Assembly: GCA_040386535.1 (NCBI GenBank)
Contig: JAZKFH010000006.1
Span: 8,576-35,879, forward strand
DNA: 27,304 bases
Direction of reading: 5' to 3'
Origin: Myxococcota bacterium
GTDB lineage: Bacteria > Myxococcota_A > UBA796 > SXON01
Made by a program: the position numbers and the translations under genes. Below are positions 17,469-26,402 of this stretch, piece after piece (the first letter of the stretch is position 1; each line of letters starts with the position of its first letter). Under the pieces are notes generated by a model. It saw only the letters and a program-made list of their open reading frames with translations. It had not been told where the DNA came from and made no database searches.

Positions 17469-18716
17469 ATGTCCGAATCCGCCCTCCGCGTCGTGCGCGG
17501 CCGCCTGCTCCAGCCCCACCCCACGAAGCCGAGCTTCACGCTCGTGCCCGATGCGCTCGTCCACATCGACGAGGCGGGGCGTTTCACCTCGGTCGCGCCC
17601 GCGCCGCCCGACTGCACCGTCCCCGAGACCTGGCCCGGCGCCGTCATCCTGCCGGGATTCGTGGACGCGCACCTCCACTTTCCCCAGACCGAGATCCTCG
17701 GCAGCGCGAGCGGGCCGCTGCTCCCGTGGCTCCAGACGTCCGTGTTCCCCGAGGAGAGCCGCTTCGGCGAGCGCGCCTACGCCGAGCACGTCGCCGCCAC
17801 GTTCTGCAGCGCCATGCTCCGCCAGGGCACCACCCTGGCCGGCATCTACAGCTCCAGTCATCCCGTCGCGACCGAGGTCCTGTTCGAGGAGCTCGATCAC
17901 CGCGGCATGCGCGCCCTCACCGGCGTCACCTGGATGAACCGCGGCGCGCCCGACGCGCTGCTCCGCGGCACCGCCGAGGCCGTCGCCGCCACCGAGGCGC
18001 TGGTCGAGCGCTGGCACGGTCACGACGGGCGCCTGCGCGTGGCCGTCACGCCGCGCTTCGCCTTGAGCTGTGACGCCGAGATGTTGCGCGCCGCCGGCGA
18101 GCTGGCCGAGCGCCACGGGCTCTGGGTGCAGACCCACCTCTCCGAGAACCCCGACGAGCTGAAGTTCACCGCCGAGGCGTTCCCCGGCGCGCACGACTAC
18201 CTCGACATCTACGAGGACGTGGGGCTCGTGCACGACCGCAGCATCCTCGCGCACTGCATCCACCTGTCCGACAGCGAGTGGGGGCGCCTCGCCGCGCAGG
18301 GCGCCGTGGTCGCGCACTGCCCCGACAGCAACTTCTTCCTCGGCAGCGGCTGCATGCCCCTCGCCCGCGCGCTCTCGGAGGGAGTCCGCGTCGCGCTCGG
18401 CACCGACGTGGGCGCGGGCCGCACCTTCTCGCTCCGTCGCGTCGCCGCCAGCGCGTACGACGCGTCGCTCGTCGTGGGCGCGCCCGTGGCCCCCGAGGCC
18501 CTCCTGTGGCTCGCCACCCGCGGCGGCGCGGTCGCCCTCGGCGCCGGCGACGCGGTGGGCTGCCTCGCCCCCGGCTACGACGCCGACCTCGTCGCGATCG
18601 AAGCCCCGGCCACGCCCGACCTCGCGCGGCTGGTCGACGCGCTCCTGTTCCGCCACGACGCGGGCCCGGCGCTCGCGACGGTGATTCGCGGGCGCATGCG
18701 GTGGGGGCAGGCGTAG
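17469..18716 (+). CDS. guaD: Guanine deaminase
   Basis: PGFVDAHLHFPQ, VTPRFALSC, QTHLSEN, HCPDSNFFLGSG and LGTDVGAG; start at 17469 or 17460. Confidence 0.9.
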   Translation: MSESALRVVRGRLLQPHPTKPSFTLVPDALVHIDEAGRFTSVAPAPPDCTVPETWPGAVILPGFVDAHLHFPQTEILGSASGPLLPWLQTSVFPEESRFGERAYAEHVAATFCSAMLRQGTTLAGIYSSSHPVATEVLFEELDHRGMRALTGVTWMNRGAPDALLRGTAEAVAATEALVERWHGHDGRLRVAVTPRFALSCDAEMLRAAGELAERHGLWVQTHLSENPDELKFTAEAFPGAHDYLDIYEDVGLVHDRSILAHCIHLSDSEWGRLAAQGAVVAHCPDSNFFLGSGCMPLARALSEGVRVALGTDVGAGRTFSLRRVAASAYDASLVVGAPVAPEALLWLATRGGAVALGAGDAVGCLAPGYDADLVAIEAPATPDLARLVDALLFRHDAGPALATVIRGRMRWGQA

Positions 18717-18816
18717 GGGTCAGGGCGTAGGGCGGGGCAGCCGTCCGCCCGAGCGCGGCCGCCGCGGAGGCGGGGGTGGCTTCGGGAGCGGCGGCGGGTC
18801 GGGGGCTTCGACGGCG

Positions 18817-18981
18817 CTACGGCGCCTTCGGCAGCTCGTCCGGCACGCTCGTCCCCAGGTCCGGATTCGCCAGGGGCGGCTCCTCCTTTGTCGGGGTGAG
18901 CAGCGGCTTGTGGTCGGGCACGGTCACCTTCTCGGGCACCACCGCGTAGTGCTTCTTCTTGTCGTCGTCGTCGTTCGGCAT
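18817..18981 (-). CDS. Small 54-aa Pro/charged hypothetical protein
   Basis: GAGGT RBS before ATG 18981; MPNDDDDKKKHY...; Lys/Asp/Glu-rich, unlike the shadow ORFs; high GC3. Confidence 0.6.
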   Translation of the reverse strand: MPNDDDDKKKHYAVVPEKVTVPDHKPLLTPTKEEPPLANPDLGTSVPDELPKAP

Positions 18982-19135
18982 CCGTACCTCTTGCTGGAGA
19001 GGTAGCCCGCGTTTCGGCGGCGCCCGGGACACCAGCCGCCACGGTTTGTGGGCCCCGGCGACCATCCGCTGCTTTTTGTCGCGGAGCGTCGGGAGGCGGC
19101 CCTACTCGAAGCGGGACCCCTGTGCGAAACGGGCC

Positions 19136-19942
19136 CTACTCGAACCGGAAGAAGGCGTCGCCCGAGTCCAGCACGCCGGAATGCGCGAACGCCAGCGCGC
19201 GGACCTCGCTGCGGCGCGGCGCGAGGCGGGCGGCCAGGGCGCGCAGGGACGTGTGGTTCTGGCCCGCGTCGTCGGTGAACATCCACTTGGCGCCGACCAT
19301 CCCGCCGCGGGTGGTGGCGTCGGCGCTGTCTCCGAAGAACAACACGCCGTCGACCAGCCAGACCGCGCTGCCCGTGGTGTGCCCCGGCACGGCGTAGACC
19401 TCGGCCACGCGGCTCCCGATGGGCACGCGCGCGCCGTCCATCAGCGGGTCGCCCACGCGCACGCCGGTGTCCTGGGGGCCGAACCAGCGCGTCACGGGGC
19501 CCCTGGCGCCGACGCGGCGCTCGACGAGCGGCACCTCGGCGCCGAGCGCGTGCACCACGGCGTTGGGGAAGCGGTTCACGCCGGCGATGTGGTCGGGGTG
19601 GCCGTGGGTGAGGAGGATGTCGGTGACGGCGGAGGCGTCCAGGCCGCGGCGGGCGAGCTCGGCCAGGAGCGCGGTGGCGGCGGCGTCGTTGCCCGCGTCG
19701 ACCAGGGCCACCTTGCCACCGCCGATGTCCAGGACGTAGGCGGCCACGTAGCCGTCCTTCACGAGGCGCCCCACGCTGCCGCTCCCCAGAGTGCCGCTCC
19801 CCAGAGTGCCGCTCCCCACGCTGCCGACCTCGACGCCGTCGATCACCGGCGGCATGCCGGCGAAGCTCGCGACCCCCACGCCGACCACCACCAGCACGAG
19901 CACCAGGAACACCGCGCCGAAGATCTTCAGGAACCGTCGCAA
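19136..19942 (-). CDS. N-terminally membrane-anchored MBL-fold metallo-hydrolase
   Basis: TTG at 19942 follows GGAGGAGG; TM helix; LVDAG, THGHPDHIAG, PGHTTGS, FGDS and AHSG. Confidence 0.85.
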   Translation of the reverse strand: MRRFLKIFGAVFLVLVLVVVGVGVASFAGMPPVIDGVEVGSVGSGTLGSGTLGSGSVGRLVKDGYVAAYVLDIGGGKVALVDAGNDAAATALLAELARRGLDASAVTDILLTHGHPDHIAGVNRFPNAVVHALGAEVPLVERRVGARGPVTRWFGPQDTGVRVGDPLMDGARVPIGSRVAEVYAVPGHTTGSAVWLVDGVLFFGDSADATTRGGMVGAKWMFTDDAGQNHTSLRALAARLAPRRSEVRALAFAHSGVLDSGDAFFRFE

Positions 19943-20196
19943 GGGGCCTCCTCCGGCGCCATCATCGCACCTCTCGCCGATCCGCGGGCGCGCCGGGCAA
20001 GGGCCGCACACCGGGGGCGTGGTTTCCGGATAGCGGGGCGCCTACCCGTACGGAGGGCGCCATCTCGTCCCAGAGCCCGCAGAAGTCCCCCGGAGCGCTC
20101 AACGAGCCGCTCCCCGACCTGCGTCTGGTCGGCCTCACCACGCCCGCGGCGCGCGGGTCGTCGTTCGACGACGAGCTCGATCAGCAGTCCGCGCGG

Positions 20197-21438
20197 ATGC
20201 TCCTGCCCGGCGCGCTCTCCACCGCGGTGTTGTGGCTCCCGTTCATCCTCCCGGACCAGGCGCTCCACGCCGAGGTGCCGGTGCTCCCGTGGATCCGCGT
20301 CGGCCTGACCGTCGTGAGCCTCGTGGTGCTCGCCCTGCACCTGCTCGGGCGCTCGCTCCTGCGGCCGCAGCTCAAGCTGCTCCTGCTCATCGGCTACATG
20401 CAGGTCGCGGCGGGGCTCGCCGCCGGGCTGGTCGGCGGCGACGCGTCCCACATCGGCGGGTACCTCGTCATCCTGATGATCCTGCCCGCGCTCCCGCTCG
20501 CGCGTCGCTACGCGATGGGCTCGCTGATCCTGTCGCTGCTCACGTTCCTCGTCACCAACGCCGTCATGGGCACGGACCTGACGCGGCCGGCCCTCCGCTA
20601 CACGCTCACCGATCTCGTGGCGGTGGGCCTCGGCGTGCCCTTCCTCGTCCACTTCCTCGACCGGGTGCGGCGCCGCAGCTGGGAGAAGACCGTCGAGATC
20701 GAGCGGCAGCGCCACGAGCTCGCGGGCGACAAGGCGCGGATCGACGTGTTGCTCCACAACCTCCTGCCCGCCTCGATCGTGACCGAGCTCAAGGCCAACG
20801 ACCGCGTGGAGCCGCGGCACCACAACGAGGTCACGGTGTTGTTCACCGACTTCGTCGGGTTCACCACCATCGCCGAGCAGGTCAGCGCCGAGGAGCTCGT
20901 GGCCGACCTCGACGCGTGTTTCTCGTCGTTCGACGCGATCGTGGCGCGGCGCGGCCTGGAGCGCCTCAAGACCATCGGCGACTCGTACATGGCCGCCGCC
21001 GGGGTGCCCGTGGCGCGGCGCACCCACGCCGCCGACGCCGTGCTCGCCGCGCTCGACATCGTGCGCGCCATCACCGTCCACAGCGCGGCGCGGGTCGCGA
21101 ACGGCCGCCCGAGCTGGGACGTGCGCGTGGGCCTGCACACGGGGCCGCTCGTGGCCGGCATCGTCGGGCAGACCCGTTTCGCCTACGACGTGTGGGGCGA
21201 CACGGTGAACATGGCGAGCCGGATGGAGTCGTCGGGGTCGCCGGGTTGTGTCAACATCTCCGAGACCACCGCGGCCAAGGTCGCGGACCTGTTCGTCATC
21301 CAGCCGCGCGGGCAGGTGGCGGCCAAGAACAAGGGCCTGGTCGAGATGTTCTACGTGGTGGGCCTGCGCCCCGAGATGTCGGTCGACGGCCTCGGCATCG
21401 AGCCCAACGCGCGGTTCTGGGAGCGGGCGCGGAGCTGA
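20197..21438 (+). CDS. Membrane-bound class III adenylate/guanylate cyclase (probably adenylate-specific); true start may be 20062
   Basis: About six hydrophobic segments; LLHNLLP, LFTDFVGFT, LKTIGDSYM and YDVWGDTVNMASRMES; Lys/Asp specificity pair typical of ATP use. Confidence 0.9.
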   Translation: MLLPGALSTAVLWLPFILPDQALHAEVPVLPWIRVGLTVVSLVVLALHLLGRSLLRPQLKLLLLIGYMQVAAGLAAGLVGGDASHIGGYLVILMILPALPLARRYAMGSLILSLLTFLVTNAVMGTDLTRPALRYTLTDLVAVGLGVPFLVHFLDRVRRRSWEKTVEIERQRHELAGDKARIDVLLHNLLPASIVTELKANDRVEPRHHNEVTVLFTDFVGFTTIAEQVSAEELVADLDACFSSFDAIVARRGLERLKTIGDSYMAAAGVPVARRTHAADAVLAALDIVRAITVHSAARVANGRPSWDVRVGLHTGPLVAGIVGQTRFAYDVWGDTVNMASRMESSGSPGCVNISETTAAKVADLFVIQPRGQVAAKNKGLVEMFYVVGLRPEMSVDGLGIEPNARFWERARS

Positions 21439-21467
21439 TTCGTTAGCTCGGCGAGAGGAGGTACCTG

Positions 21468-21929
21468 ATGAACGTCCCCGATCCCGCCCCCCAACACCTC
21501 TGGCTCGCGCGGCTCCTCGGCGAGTGGACCTGGATGACCGAGGCCGTCCCCGGCCACGACCACCCCGTGATGACCGGCACCGAGACCTTCCGCCCCATCG
21601 GCCCGCTGTGGGTGCAGGGCATCGGCGGCGCGGACGGCCAGATCAGCCAGATGACGCTCGGCTTCGACACGCGCACCGGCCGCTTCAACGGCACGTGGCT
21701 CGGCGCGATGATGGCGCACCTGTGGGTGTACGACGGGCAGCTCGACGCGAGCGGCACCCGGCTCTCGCTCGACTCCACGGGCCCGAGCTTCGCCGACGAC
21801 GGCACGCTCGCCCGATACCGCGACGAGATCGAGATCGTCAGCGACAACGAGCGTGTCCTGCGCGCCTCCTACGAGAACGCCGACGGCACGTGGACCCACT
21901 TCATGACGACGCGGTATCGACGCGCGTGA
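21468..21929 (+). CDS. DUF1579-like beta-barrel protein
   Basis: PAPQHLWLARLLGEW, MTLGFDTRTGRFNGTW and YRDEIEIVSDNERVL; GAGGAGG RBS. Confidence 0.75.
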   Translation: MNVPDPAPQHLWLARLLGEWTWMTEAVPGHDHPVMTGTETFRPIGPLWVQGIGGADGQISQMTLGFDTRTGRFNGTWLGAMMAHLWVYDGQLDASGTRLSLDSTGPSFADDGTLARYRDEIEIVSDNERVLRASYENADGTWTHFMTTRYRRA

Positions 21930-21963
21930 TGGGGGGGGGCCGGCTACTCGGCCCCTGGCGCCG

Positions 21964-22668
21964 CTACCCCAGCGTCGGCGCCGCCCACGGCAACAACGGC
22001 GACCGCGCCGGGTCCCACTCTCCCCCGCGGCGGGGCGTGCGCGCGTCCGCCACGGTCACGAGGCAGGCCCGGCGCCAACTCGACGAGCGGTTGGACGACG
22101 CCGCGTGCCACACCTGGGGGTGGTGCACCAACACATGGCCCTCCGGCACCCGCGGGCCCACGGCGTCGGTGCCCAGCGGGGGCTCGTCCCCAAGGTGGCT
22201 CCCGGAGAGGTAGCGCAGGCCGCCGGTGCTGCCGTCCACGTCGTCCAGCGCGATCCACAGCAGGGCGCCGCGCGGCTCGGCGAGCGGGCTGTGGCCGAAG
22301 TCCTGGTGCCACGGCAGCGGCGTGCGGCCCTCGGGCGGCTTGACGATGAGGCGTTGGGACAGGAACCGCACGTCCTCACACCCGAGACAAGCCCGCGCGA
22401 GCGCCACCAACTCGGGGCGCGCGAGCAGCTGACCGTACACCGGGGAAACCCGCCACGGATCGTGCCAAAGTTGGATCAGGCGCAAACAGACTTCGCGCGA
22501 GGGGTAGCGGGCGGTGCGCACGGCGTGGTCCACCACCTCCTCGAAGCCCGCGCGGAGCGCGTCGATCTCCGCCGGGGTCAGGAACGGCGCCGCCACCACC
22601 CAGCCGTCGCGTTCGAATGCGGCGCGCAGGTTCGTGGCAAGCAGCGTGTCATCCGAACGATCAACCAA
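21964..22668 (-). CDS. Phytanoyl-CoA dioxygenase (PhyH) family Fe(II)/2-oxoglutarate oxygenase
   Basis: FERDGWVV, KPP..LPWHQD, WIALDD, GGLRYLSGSH and WHAASSNRS..WRRA; start uncertain. Confidence 0.85.
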   Translation of the reverse strand: MVDRSDDTLLATNLRAAFERDGWVVAAPFLTPAEIDALRAGFEEVVDHAVRTARYPSREVCLRLIQLWHDPWRVSPVYGQLLARPELVALARACLGCEDVRFLSQRLIVKPPEGRTPLPWHQDFGHSPLAEPRGALLWIALDDVDGSTGGLRYLSGSHLGDEPPLGTDAVGPRVPEGHVLVHHPQVWHAASSNRSSSWRRACLVTVADARTPRRGGEWDPARSPLLPWAAPTLG

Positions 22669-24031
22669 ACAGGGTCACGTGCGCGGCGAAGTGTCCCTTG
22701 GGCGCGTTCGCGGACACCGAAGACACGGAGACGTAGGTTGCGGCCTGGTTCACCGCGAGCTCCAGGCGGCCGGGCGCCCCCGACGGCACCACGCCCTCCG
22801 AGCCGAGGAAGAACACGTCACTCCCGACGCGCCCCACCAGCGCGCCCAGCGGCGCCGCGGGCACGAACGCGCCGAAACCCGCGGTCTCGCCGTTGCCGTC
22901 CGCGTCCGCCACCCAGCGCGCCGGGAACCGCACGAGCCCCGTGCCGCGCACGACCACGGTGGTCCCCTCCGCGCGGGCGATCCCCGTCTCCACCCATCCG
23001 TCCGCCCCCAACACGGGCACGTGCACCTCCGCCTTGACGACGCGTGCGCCCGCCGGACCGTCGTCCTCGAGCGCCGCCTGCCGCGGCATGCTGCGCCCCT
23101 TGCGGATCAGCGTCACGCCGCCCCAGATCGAGAGGCCCAGGATCGCCATGCCCGCGAGCAGCACGAACACGCCCCCGGGCGACCCGCAGAGCAACACGCA
23201 GGTGCCGACGAGCACCAGGATCCCGCCGATCACGCATCCGACCGCGAGGATGACGATCCCGAGCGCGATCGCGGTGCCGCGGGTCATGCCGCCGCCCTGG
23301 TCCTCCGGGTACTCCACCTCGCCCTCCGCGGGCTCAGTCTCCCAGCGTGCCCGGCCCACCTCGATCTGCCGCAGCACCTCGCGGTCCCGGATCTCGACCG
23401 CCACCTCGCCGCGCGCTTCGAGCTCGGCGGCCAGCCGCTCGGCCTTGCGGATGCGCGCCACGCTCCGCCGGGCGCGGCGGAGCAACGCGCCGCTGTCGGT
23501 CTCCGTCTCCACCTCGGCCAGCGTCTGTTCCAGCGTGTGGCGCCGGCCGCGCGTGGTCGGCCAGTCGCGCACGCTCATGCGGACGCCGCGCAGCCCGGCG
23601 CGCAGGTGGGTCTCGCGCTCGGGGCTGTCGTCCGTCAGGAACACTTCGAGCAGCTCGCGGCAGCGCACCGTCGCGAAGCCCACGGCGGCGGCGGCGTTCC
23701 GGATGGCGTGCTGCACGCCGGGGTGCACCTGGTCCTCGATCGGCATCAGCTCGATGTCCTTGACCGTCGAGAGCGCCGCGAGCCCGTCGGCGAGCGCGTG
23801 GATGTGCGGCTTCACGTCGCGGTCGGCGGCGGCGGGGCGGTCATCGTAGACCGAGTCCAGGTACTCCTGGCGGATCACGTTCTCCTGGTCGCGCAGCGCG
23901 TGCAGGCGCGCGTGAATGTGGCCGGCGCCGCCGCTCTCGGTGCGGGCGAGCGCCCGGGCGGGTACGACGGCGGGTGCGACGACAACCGCGCCGACAGCGG
24001 CACCGTGGAGAAAGCTACGGCGACTGGGCAT
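22661..24031 (-). CDS. Tat-signal protein with internal hydrophobic hairpin and C-terminal LecA/PA-IL-like domain
   Basis: SRRSFL twin-arginine motif and ALA cleavage site; two long hydrophobic segments; GWVETGI..G.TVVVRGTG..DG..PLGALVGRVG..FFLG..GRLELAVN pattern. Confidence 0.7.
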   Translation of the reverse strand: MPSRRSFLHGAAVGAVVVAPAVVPARALARTESGGAGHIHARLHALRDQENVIRQEYLDSVYDDRPAAADRDVKPHIHALADGLAALSTVKDIELMPIEDQVHPGVQHAIRNAAAAVGFATVRCRELLEVFLTDDSPERETHLRAGLRGVRMSVRDWPTTRGRRHTLEQTLAEVETETDSGALLRRARRSVARIRKAERLAAELEARGEVAVEIRDREVLRQIEVGRARWETEPAEGEVEYPEDQGGGMTRGTAIALGIVILAVGCVIGGILVLVGTCVLLCGSPGGVFVLLAGMAILGLSIWGGVTLIRKGRSMPRQAALEDDGPAGARVVKAEVHVPVLGADGWVETGIARAEGTTVVVRGTGLVRFPARWVADADGNGETAGFGAFVPAAPLGALVGRVGSDVFFLGSEGVVPSGAPGRLELAVNQAATYVSVSSVSANAPKGHFAAHVTLFG

Positions 24032-24160
24032 GGAACGCTCCGGAAGGGAAACATGGTCGCACGGAACGACGCGCGGGAACCAGGGCCGCAGAAGCAGGAG
24101 CTGGGCGTACGCCCGCGGACGGGCTCCACGCGAGGGCGCGCGGCCCAGCCGCGCGCGACG

Positions 24161-24192
24161 GACGTACGTTAGCGCATGGACGCACGTACGTC
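24161..24192. promoter_or_regulatory. Palindromic operator candidate for the VapBC-type TA operon
   Basis: GACGTACGT (24161-24169) and ACGTACGTC (24184-24192), each with a self-palindromic ACGTACGT core, just before a TACCGT -10-like box. Confidence 0.6.
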
Positions 24193-24223
24193 ACCTGCTT
24201 ACCGTACTCCAGAGGGAACTTCC

Positions 24224-24457
24224 ATGCGTGTCACCGCGTCCCAGCTCCGTGCGGACGTCTACAACCTGCTCGATCGGGTGTTGGAGACGGGCGAGCCCAT
24301 CGAGATCGAGCGCGGCGGCCAGCTGCTGCGCATCGTCGCCGCGCGCGCGGGCAGCTGGGTGGATCGCCTCCCGGTGCGGGAGGGGGTGGTGGTCGGGGAC
24401 CCCGAGGAGCTCGTCTCCCTCGACTGGGCCAGCCACTGGGAGCCGGGAGCCCTGTGA
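24224..24457 (+). CDS. Phd/YefM-like type II antitoxin
   Basis: MRVTASQLRADVYNLLDRVLETGEPIEIERGGQLLRIV; GTGA overlap with the toxin gene. Confidence 0.85.
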   Translation: MRVTASQLRADVYNLLDRVLETGEPIEIERGGQLLRIVAARAGSWVDRLPVREGVVVGDPEELVSLDWASHWEPGAL

Positions 24458-24831
24458 TCCACCTCGACACCCACGTCGTCGTCTGGCTCTACCAGGGCCG
24501 TGTCGCCGCGTTCCCCTCGCCCGTGCAAGATCTGCTCGCCACGCGCCGCCCCCTCGTGTCCCCCATGGTGCGGCTCGAGCTCGGGTTCCTCCAGGAGATC
24601 GGTCGGTTGACCGTCGACCCGGAGGAGATCCTCGGCGCCCTGCGCGACGTGGCCGACCTCGGCGCCGCGGAGAGCGGCTTCGACCGCGTCGCGGCGCTCG
24701 CGACCACGCTCCGTTGGACACGGGATCCGTTCGACCGCCTGATCGCGGCGCACGCGCTCGCGGACGATCTCCCGCTGATCACCAAGGATGCGACGATGCT
24801 CCAGAATTGCCGCGTGGCGCGGTGGGGGTAG
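24454..24831 (+). CDS. vapC: PIN-domain toxin (VapC family)
   Basis: IHLDTHVVVW, VSPMVRLEL, RDPFDRLIAAHA and LITKD. Confidence 0.9.
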   Translation: MIHLDTHVVVWLYQGRVAAFPSPVQDLLATRRPLVSPMVRLELGFLQEIGRLTVDPEEILGALRDVADLGAAESGFDRVAALATTLRWTRDPFDRLIAAHALADDLPLITKDATMLQNCRVARWG

Positions 24832-24872
24832 GGGCGGGCCCCCGGTTGCCTGGCCGGAGGCGCCGGGCGGGG

Positions 24873-25200
24873 CGGCGGGCGATCGCTCTGGTCACGCGTG
24901 CCGGGAGAGAGGAAGCAACCCGACAGATCTCGCGTCACGACCGGCACTGACGCCCGTTCTGTCGGGTCGCGGGGCCCGCCGGGCGCGGGGCGCGGCCCCG
25001 GCGGCGGGGGCGCTGGCGAGAACCGGGCGTTGGCCCGTCACGGCGGGCGATCACGCCGGTCACGCGCGCCGGGAGAGTGGGAGAAACCCGACAGTTCTCG
25101 CGTCACGACCCGCACTGACGCCCGTACTGTCGGGTCCCGGGGCCCGCCGGGCGCGGGGCCGGCCGCGGCGGGGGCGCCGGCGAGAACCGGGCGTTGGCCC
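24873..25200. repeat. Two tandem ~168-bp units, each with a 50-bp stem-loop (family D)
   Basis: Units start at 24873 and 25041; hairpins ACCCGACAGW..GCGTCA-N10-TGACGC..WCTGTCGGGT at 24918-24967 and 25086-25135. Confidence 0.85.
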
Positions 25201-25250
25201 TCTCCGCGGTAGGCGACGCGGGCGGCTCGCGCCAACCTGCTCGACGGGAC

Positions 25251-25413
25251 GTGCGGCGCGCCAGGTGCCCGGCCGGCGCCCGCTCGGCGGGCGGTCCCGG
25301 CGGGACGGCGACGCGGCAGCGGCGACGGCGCGGCGGACCGAGCGGCTCTGCCGCGAGCCGAGAGGGGACCGACCCGCCCCGTCCTGGGGGCGGGGGGCGC
25401 CCAACTCGGGACC
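25251..25413 (+). repeat. 163-bp dispersed repeat (family C)
   Basis: Inverted copy of 12217-12379. Confidence 0.9.
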
Positions 25414-25529
25414 AGAAGGGGCGCCACCGCGCGGGAACACCTCGCCCGAGACGACTGGGTAGCGGCGCACAGCACCCGCTCCACCGTCGCCGTGTGGCGC
25501 TCGGCGCGCCCACCCGCGCGGGGGGACTC

Positions 25530-26035
25530 CTCCACACGTCGATCCCCGCCGGGACCTCGATGGTGTCGGCCTCGCCGGTGGTGAGGTCCACCCGCACCAG
25601 CCGCGCGTCGTCCTCGTCGGGGTCGCGCCCCACGACGAACGCCACGCCGCCGACCACCACGCCGCCGCCCACCCAGTCCATCGCGGGGAAGGCCGAGCGC
25701 TCGACCAGCGTGTCACCGACCAGGGCCCAGGCCTGGGTCGCCTCGCCGGCCACGACGACGAGCGGCTCCATGTCGCCACCCAGCAGGACGGCGCCCATCG
25801 GCACCGGGATGCGCGCCGTCACGCGTCCGGTGGCGGGGTCGACTCGCGGGAGCTCGGGCGCGCCGGTGTCCTCGGAGACGACGTACACGGAGGCGCCGCG
25901 CACGACCGGCCCCGCGTTCACCCAAGTCAGCTCGCCGACCGCCACGCGATCGAGCGCCAGCGCCACGGTGCCCTCCGCGGGCGTGCCCGTGTCCACCCGC
26001 GCGGAGAACACGCTCGTGTCGAGGAAGCGCGGCGT
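25530..26035 (-). pseudogene. Probable remnant of a beta-propeller (PQQ/YncE-like) protein gene
   Basis: About 160 codons look coding (RVDPATGRVTARIPV, LVRVDLTTGE), but there is no clear RBS or start and the frame runs into repeat-derived sequence after GIDVW. Confidence 0.4.
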
Positions 26036-26054
26036 TCGCTCCCGAGGTCGCGTC

Positions 26055-26402
26055 TCACCCGCGCGCCCACGGGCTCCGTGCCACGAGGTCCGCGTAGATG
26101 GCGTCGATCTCGGCGTCGGGATCCGCGGCGCTCCCGGGCGCGGGCGGGCCGAGGCGCACGGGATCTTCGGTGAAGGTCGACCGTTGCCGCCACCACGCCG
26201 CGACGCGGTGCGGATCGGGGTCCTGTTCGCGAAGCTCGGCGTGAATCCAGTCGATCGCCCAGGCGAGGTCCTCGTTCCCGGGCAGCACCCGCACCCGCGG
26301 CGCGCCGCCGAGCGGCACGAGCACGATGCCGATGCTGTGCTCGCCGATGCCCGGGGGCCGCTCGCGTCGCAACAGGGGAGCCCACAAGTACCCGTCGCTC
26401 AT
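26055..26402 (-). CDS. DUF3037-like protein, partner of the HipA-like kinase
   Basis: YLWAPLL...EHSIGIVL N-terminus and DPDAEIDAIYADLV C-terminus; ATGA overlap with the kinase stop. Confidence 0.65.
   Translation of the reverse strand: MSDGYLWAPLLRRERPPGIGEHSIGIVLVPLGGAPRVRVLPGNEDLAWAIDWIHAELREQDPDPHRVAAWWRQRSTFTEDPVRLGPPAPGSAADPDAEIDAIYADLVARSPWARG

Noticed and set aside
13186..19942. The two MBL-fold genes as antibiotic-resistance beta-lactamases
   Set aside because: HxHxDH is superfamily-wide; nothing specific supports a B1/B2/B3 assignment.
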